Below are positions 58,301 to 64,000 of a stretch of 64,000 bases of DNA, in pieces. Origin of the DNA: Tubiluchus corallicola (lineage: Eukaryota; Animalia; Priapulida); the NCBI GenBank assembly GCA_030141605.1, contig JAQGDQ010000011.1, positions 124,001-188,000 of the forward strand. The letters run 5' to 3'. The notes beneath the pieces are model-generated. The model was given only the letters and a program-made list of their open reading frames with translations. It searched no databases and was not told the DNA's origin. The stretch's first letter is position 1. Each line of letters starts with the position of its first letter. Made by a program: the position numbers and the translations under genes.

Positions 58301-61300
58301 AGCACTAGAATGTTTGATTTTACATTTCCAGAAATCTGTGTTGTTTCCCCTTTTTTGAACCCATTTCAATTTGCATATTGTGCTAATCATTCCACAAATG
58401 ATGCTGTAGCTCTTGTTGTTCATGATGTACTAACGCACCTTGATAAACGTAATTGTTATGCCAGAATCCTTTTCGTTGATTTCAGTTCAGCTTTCAATGC
58501 TATTCTGCCACAAAAATTGTATTATAAAATGACGGAACTCAACATACCTGCCTGGCTGTGTAATTTCGTACTTGAGTTCTTGACAGGGCGATCACAGATC
58601 TTCAGGATAATTAATAGAAACACATATAATTAATATAAACAACTTCTAAAGTTGTTAATACAGGAGCTCCTCAAGGGTGCGTCCTGTCTCCAATTCTATA
58701 CCCGTTGTTTACATATGACTGTGAAGTATCTTCCCCAAATACTGATGGTAAAATTTGCTAATGATACCACACTGGCTGGCCTTATTTGCAGTAACAACGA
58801 GACTAATTATTTTCAGGAAGTTCAAAATTTAACACGATGGTGCGAACAGAATAATTTAGGACTGAATGTTTCAAAAACAAAAGAAATTATCGTAGGTTTT
58901 AGGAAAGAGACTGATGTAAAAGCACCCTTGCTTATAAATAATGCAGCTGTGAAAATTGTTAAAGATTTCAAATTTCTGGGAATAAAAATTTCAGATGATC
59001 TTAAATGGGAAGCTAATGTACTCTGTTGTGTAACAAAGGCCCACCAGCGTTTGTTCTTTTTAAGACAATTCAAATCATTTAACATTGCCCCTGCTGTGAT
59101 GGAGAGTTTTTATCGTGCAGTAATCGAAAGGATTTTAACAACATCCCTCACTGTTTGGTATGGCGCTTGCCACACAGGGATACTGCAATGCTCTTGATGA
59201 AGTTGTTAAATCCGCCTCAAGTTGAACAGCAATCTATGTCATATTTGTATGAAACTAGGGTCACAAAGAGAGCGCAAGCTATCATGAAAGACGAATTCCA
59301 TCCAGGTAATAAATATTTTGAAATGCTCCCCTCTGGTCGTAGATTCCGCTCAATTAACGCTAAAACCGCAAGAACTTTAAATTCTTTCTATTCCGTTGCT
59401 ATTCGCACCATCAACAGTAAATTTCAGTAAATCTCCAATATTAATTCTTTATGTCACTGAATTATTTGTGTTAATCTCCCTGTTGTTTCTATAAGTTATT
59501 GCAGCACGTAAAACCACGTAAATTTCATTGTATGTATTTTGCTATAATGACAATGAATTGCTTACTTACTTACTTACTTAAGGATTACCTGTAAGAAAAG
59601 CTCCCATTGCTAGATGAACTTTATTGTATGGGATCATATGTACTGTACCATTCGTCGAGTATGTAATAAGCAGTAATAGTACTATGTGTCAATACTTGGA
59701 TTATTTATGATTATTTCAGGTTGCCAAGGTTAGCACAGGTTGAAAATGTCTTTCGTAATTTAATTGTATGTTTGTAATCAACTTGCTTAATTAATGAATG
59801 TACAGATGACACTTCATCTTATTGTAAACTTAGTGCATTCAGCAGCTTTTGCAAATGCAATACTGTCATGTAAATGTCTCTTTTTTGCTCATAGAATCAT
59901 GGAGGGCACTGGAAGTGGATTTGAAATGCTATGGACTTCAACTTGTAGCTGTAGAGAATCTGGTGGATAAGATTTGGGATGACAGACCTGCTCCAGTGTC
60001 CAACCCAGTTTTTGTACAGTCTCTGAAACATGCTGGTTAGTTGCAAAAGTTATATATATTACAATGCACGCTGTTTATTAGACTCACTGTTAATAGTCGC
60101 GTAATTGACTCAAAAACATCTGGTAGTGGCTGCTCCTATTCAAATGTGAATAAAAACGCCATAGATAACTCCGCATAATTGATTTAATACTTCTGGTACT
60201 TAAAATAAAACACTTCTGTGTGATCAAGGAGCTTTTAACACCTTTTTGTCATCTTTACTTTGCTTTTGTACATTATAATATATGTAAAGAGAATTGTGTT
60301 CTGTACAGTTTTGTTTGTAAGCAGGTACTTTTATCGTGCCTTAATATACTGGCATTTTTGCTTTGAATCTATCACTCGATCGTCCGCTGCAGTTAACCTC
60401 ATTGTCCAAGCATTTAAGGAACCTAAAGTTTTAAAGTTCCCTCATGTGCCCTAGTAGTTTCCTTTTGAAGCTCTTGTTGCTTTTCGTGAAACGTTTAATC
60501 GGTTACCTGTTACTGTTATGCCACTGGTGCAGGGATAGTAACCTACATCATAAAGCATCTAAGAACATAGAGTTAATTCTGAAAAATAAAGTATAAGTGT
60601 AACTATTTGCATTAAATAACTCTAGCAGCCTTTGCAGTGAATACTAGGCTGATGAGTGATAACGCATGCTCGTATACACCGGTCAGCTAATAGATTCAGT
60701 TGGTTAATTGAGTCAAAACACATCCCATCCAAAATTGAACCTATTAAGCGGGACTTCTGCTATGTTTTATATATATATATGTGTGTGTATGTATATATAC
60801 AGATATATTTAGGTGTATTTATATTTAGTTATTTATAGAAAATCATTTTTCCATAACTTGATCTGAATTCTTTTCTTGTTGCATCTATCATAACTCTGTA
60901 ACTATATATTCTTTACAGGCATGCCGTGGTGCGACAAAGTACAAAGTGTGCGACAGGAGATGCTTAAGAGAAACGCGACCGTTCTGGTGGTAACTGCTCT
61001 AGAAGAAATTGCTTGTATGTAACAACATGTTGCCCTTATACTGGCTCTAATCTATTGTGGCCATGTTTCTATTGCTGTCTTGTTGCACCTATGTATTTGT
61101 TGCTATCCTGTTGCATCTGTGTTTTTGACGCTGTCTTGTTGTGTCAATGTTTTTGTTGCTGTCTTGTTGTGCCTTTGTTTTTGTTGCTGTCTCCCTCATT
61201 TGCTGTTTTGGTCGTTTTTCAGTAGTGATGGCATTGTTGTCATAACTCATTTTGTAACTGTACGCTTTCACTAATGAGTTTTCTGTCGCAAGTTTTCCCT

Positions 61301-64000
61301 CTGACCGCAAACTCGCAAGTGTGAACTGCTTTGCGAGTTACCGTGTGCAACTTATTGCAAACTCTCTAACAGTTGCAGCGAGTTGATTTCTGGCGAGTTA
61401 CTGTCTAGTGTGAACGCCTCAGCGAGTTACTCTTAACAGTTCTCACAACGAACAGATTTGAGTGTCAGCTCGTGCTTACTGCTGAAGTGCTTGCAATTTT
61501 GCTTCTTTCTAGTTTGCACACTCTTGCGAGTTTCTTGGTGAGAAAACTCACTTGTCTGTATGCTCCTTGGCTTAAGTTAAGAATCCATCGAAACCTTGTT
61601 TAAAACTTCATTGTTCACAAACTTAAAATGCACAATTTTTGTTTTGATTATTTGCTTTTTGCTATTTTCATTATTGCTTTTTTCAGAAACAATCTGCACT
61701 TTTCTTCTTCTAGGGTTGTTAAATTTGCGAGGTTCTGATGTTCCTTGTACACCTGTGTTTACGAGCTACTGCGTCGTTTCACAAGAGAAAATTATGTGAG
61801 TTTTTTTATTTTTCTTGCCTGTATTCATGGCCATTTTAAATGCATGGGCATGCTGGGCAGTTGCCCGGAGGCCCACAAGCATAGAGGCTCCATGCTAATC
61901 TATGTATGTTATAACTTACTGTCCATAAATAAATATACTAAATACTAAACTATATTGGTTTTTGTGATACATCCATCTTTATATGGTTTGCCAATTGAAT
62001 ATCATTTATACATTGAAATTTTTATTTTTCAAGGTTTTTGTTATATTTCAGAAAAGTTTTTCAGGGCTCATGTTATATTGTTCAAATGTTTGTGTTGATT
62101 AATCTTTGCTGTACCACTTGTTTTTTTAATGTTTAAAAGAAAGGATTTTACATTCCATTTAGAGGCCCACTGCTTAGCGGTTCTTAGTCTGAACATTTGC
62201 AAAATATTAAAAGTATCACCACTAACACAAAAAATGTTCAAATTTATTGATATATTGATAAATTATAAGCTGCTCAGTCTTTATTAGTTGTGTTTATTCA
62301 CTAGGTTGTATGTTGACAATGATAAGATAACCACTGAAGTCCAGCAGCATTTATCTACTGAGCTTCAGTCGGTAGAATTACGTCCGTACGACTCGGCAAT
62401 AGAAGAAATTGCTCTCATGTCAAGAGGTCAGTCTTCTGGAATGGTATGGATAGCTCGAAGTGCCAGCTATGCCGTGTCATCATGTGTAAATCAAGTGAGT
62501 ATTATAAACATGCCCCGTCTAATATTTGTACTGTGTATCTCATCTGGTAGGATTGCTTTCACATCCGAGTTTGGCCAAGTGTAGCGGCAAACTCGCACTG
62601 CTTCATTTTATGCTTGAAATTGTCGTGTCAGGCATGGTCCAGTGAACTAAAGCATTGTTCAAGAAGATGCTGAAGTAATTGATATGGTAGACTTGGGAGT
62701 GCCTTTAGTCAGCTATTGTACCTTAAACAGTGGGTCTTTTGCTGGTTTTTATCAATGTATCTGCAGACTTAGATACTGGTATTATTTGAAAAAAAAATTT
62801 CCTGTATCAGGTTGACTTTGGGAACTAATTCCTTGTTAACTAAATAAAAAAAGTGTGCCACAGTTTGTTTGTAGTGAGTAGCTGGAAAAAGGGGGTATAT
62901 TAAATTGCCTGCAGATATTCTCCATACAGTTTCTGGCAGTCACGTTTAAAATGGTTGCTTGCTGTAAAAGTGAAAGTAGAATATCATTTGTGCGAGGTGG
63001 ATGATCAAGTTTTGTTGCTGTTGTTTCAGTTAGTTTTCAATAAAATGGGATTTACAGCAAAGCTTCTTCCTGCTTGAAATGCTGCTTAAAGTTTGTTGTG
63101 TGTTTCAATCTCTTTTTAATACTGGTGCAGCTTGGAACTCATGGTGATTTTGTTGAACATGATTTCAGGCCCGTCTGCTAATGGATACAAGTCCAATACA
63201 ACTAATGGTCGCAGTCAAGAATCCGGTAGAGGTAGCCGGTATGAAAGCAGCACATGTAAGTGTTACGAGCATGACTATGTCTATGACTATGCTTATGACT
63301 ATTATTAAGAAAAGTAGAAAGCAGCATTAGAAATAAATTTAAATGATAGATTAATTTGTTAAAAATGATAAAACGAGCATTGTTACTATGATAGTGCTTG
63401 TGTTAAACTAGCCTCAAACCGCCACTGAGGCTTAACGATCTTAAATGTGTTTATCTGACTTGTTTAATAGAAAAATAAAAGTTAAATAGAAATGATCGAA
63501 TGCCAGCAGTGAAACAATAAAAACAATAAAATTATATCAATAGTTATAGTAGTTATAATTGATATAAGAGACTGTAACAATAGTTAATCTAAAACGTAGT
63601 TACATGCAGTTTAAAAATCTATACTGTCAAGTGTTACATTTAATAACAAAACTAAAATCAGAAAGTTTCTATTCTTAAACTAAAGTATTCTTCTTTGCTC
63701 CATGCCCTACTTTTTTAGAAGGTCTTGTGGAAATCGGACAAGTAGTTTTTGTGTAATTCTGCTAACTAACGGACAAAGAAACGAACAGTGATGAAAATAC
63801 GCTTAGTAGTGGTAATAAACTTTCATTGTTTCACACATTTGACATCTGAACTGTTGTTGTAAGTTTATTCCAGGAAGAGTTAACTGGAAAAAGAAAATTA
63901 AATATTTACGTTTGCTCTTTTGTTTCTAGGTGAAAGATGCTGTAGCCCAGTGTGAGTTTTTCCACTGGTTAGAAAGTGCCGTCCAAGCAGAGGATGTGAC
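55139..64000 (+). CDS. XPNPEP1: Xaa-Pro aminopeptidase 1-like (aminopeptidase P, peptidase M24B), 5' part; continues beyond the window
   Basis: join(55139-55340,55549-55656,57006-57098,59895-60035,60919-61014,61714-61795,62305-62494,63169-63255,63930->64000); all GT-AG and phase-consistent; motifs IQAFIIP..DPHQ.E, ENLVDKIWDDRP, ALEEIAWLLNLRGSD, AVKN..E..GMKAAHVKDAVA. Confidence 0.88.
55549..55656 (+). CDS. XPNPEP1-like coding exon 2
   Basis: ATGVVTLNEAALWVDGVTRLQASQQIDSHNWCLMYE|gtaaga; an alternative in-frame acceptor lies 6 nt downstream. Confidence 0.85.
55801..55907. mobile_element. Small MITE (PIF/Harbinger-like TIRs)
   Basis: tttcactaagctgatactaagttaa vs ttaacttagtaacagctctgtgaaaccggccc. 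Confidence 0.5.
56410..56620 (+). mobile_element. RTE-type LINE C-terminal remnant
   Basis: Frameshifted KRRLRW/GHIIRL...LKLAFKEAL..KKP.G...IQKDL. Confidence 0.5.
57006..57098 (+). CDS. XPNPEP1-like coding exon 3
   Basis: EDEETPTIADWLGKVLKKGDVVGADPQLHCT. Confidence 0.88.
57437..57890. mobile_element. Dispersed DNA element, copy 5
   Basis: Starts aTAA-AGGGGAAG; contains cttttgcttagttag and ctgttaaaatggct. Confidence 0.7.
58115..59580 (+). mobile_element. 5'-truncated Rex1/Babar-type non-LTR retrotransposon (frameshifted RT) with (CTTA)n tail
   Basis: RPVALTS, QFAY..N.ST.DA, ARILFVDFSSAFN, GAPQGCVLSP, KFANDT (catalytic DD decayed), LNVSKTKE, FKFLG, LPSGRRFRSI; tail at ~59561-59580. Confidence 0.9.
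59895..60035 (+). CDS. XPNPEP1-like coding exon 4
   Basis: SWRALEVDLKCYGLQLVAVENLVDKIWDDRPAP. Confidence 0.92.
60919..61014 (+). CDS. XPNPEP1-like coding exon 5
   Basis: GMPWCDKVQSVRQEMLKRNATVLVVTALEEIA|gtatgt. Confidence 0.92.
61255..61568. mobile_element. MITE with imperfect inverted ends
   Basis: tgagttttct...aaactcgcaagtgtg vs cacactcttgcgagttt...agaaaactca. Confidence 0.5.
61714..61795 (+). CDS. XPNPEP1-like coding exon 6
   Basis: WLLNLRGSDVPCTPVFTSYCVVSQEKI|gtgagt. Confidence 0.92.
62305..62494 (+). CDS. XPNPEP1-like coding exon 7
   Basis: LYVDNDKI...LRPYD...VWIARSASYAV|gtgagt. Confidence 0.9.
63169..63255 (+). CDS. XPNPEP1-like coding exon 8
   Basis: ARLLMDTSPIQLMVAVKNPVEVAGMKAAH|gtaagt. 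Confidence 0.92.
63690..63815 (+). repeat. Possible Helentron/DINE-like non-autonomous element end
   Basis: gaaatcggacaagtagtttttgtgtaattctgctaactaacggacaaa...gatgaaaa resembles ends of such elements, from recall only. Confidence 0.3.
63930..64000 (+). CDS. XPNPEP1-like coding exon 9 (partial)
   Basis: ttctag|VKDAVAQCEFFHWLESAVQAEDV... Confidence 0.9.
   Translation, partial: MKDAVAQCEFFHWLESAVQAEDV

Overview
AT-rich, intron- and transposon-rich animal (invertebrate) genomic DNA, not prokaryotic. It holds three + strand genes. (1) A complete 19-exon ADAM/Meltrin (ADAM12-like) metalloprotease, about 3035-49298 and about 1293 aa. I assembled it by hand: every intron is GT-AG and every exon phase matches. 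It has an intact [12 protein letters not shown] zinc site, no canonical cysteine-switch Cys, and a ~550-aa cytoplasmic tail. (2) A DNAJA3/Tid1 mitochondrial co-chaperone with no intron in its CDS (51927-53351). (3) The first 9 coding exons of a divergent XPNPEP1-like Xaa-Pro aminopeptidase, running off the window end. The introns contain decayed LINEs (CR1/L2-, RTE- and Rex1/Babar-type), an hAT element with a perfect TSD, five copies of a TTAA-AGGGG-ended repeat, foldback MITEs, a 35-bp minisatellite, microsatellites, a perfect 36-bp hairpin and a palindrome carrying hammerhead-ribozyme cores. The sequence alone does not demonstrate a wholly new biological system; the best leads are under findings. 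Family assignments come from motif recognition, not database searches, and repeat boundaries are approximate.
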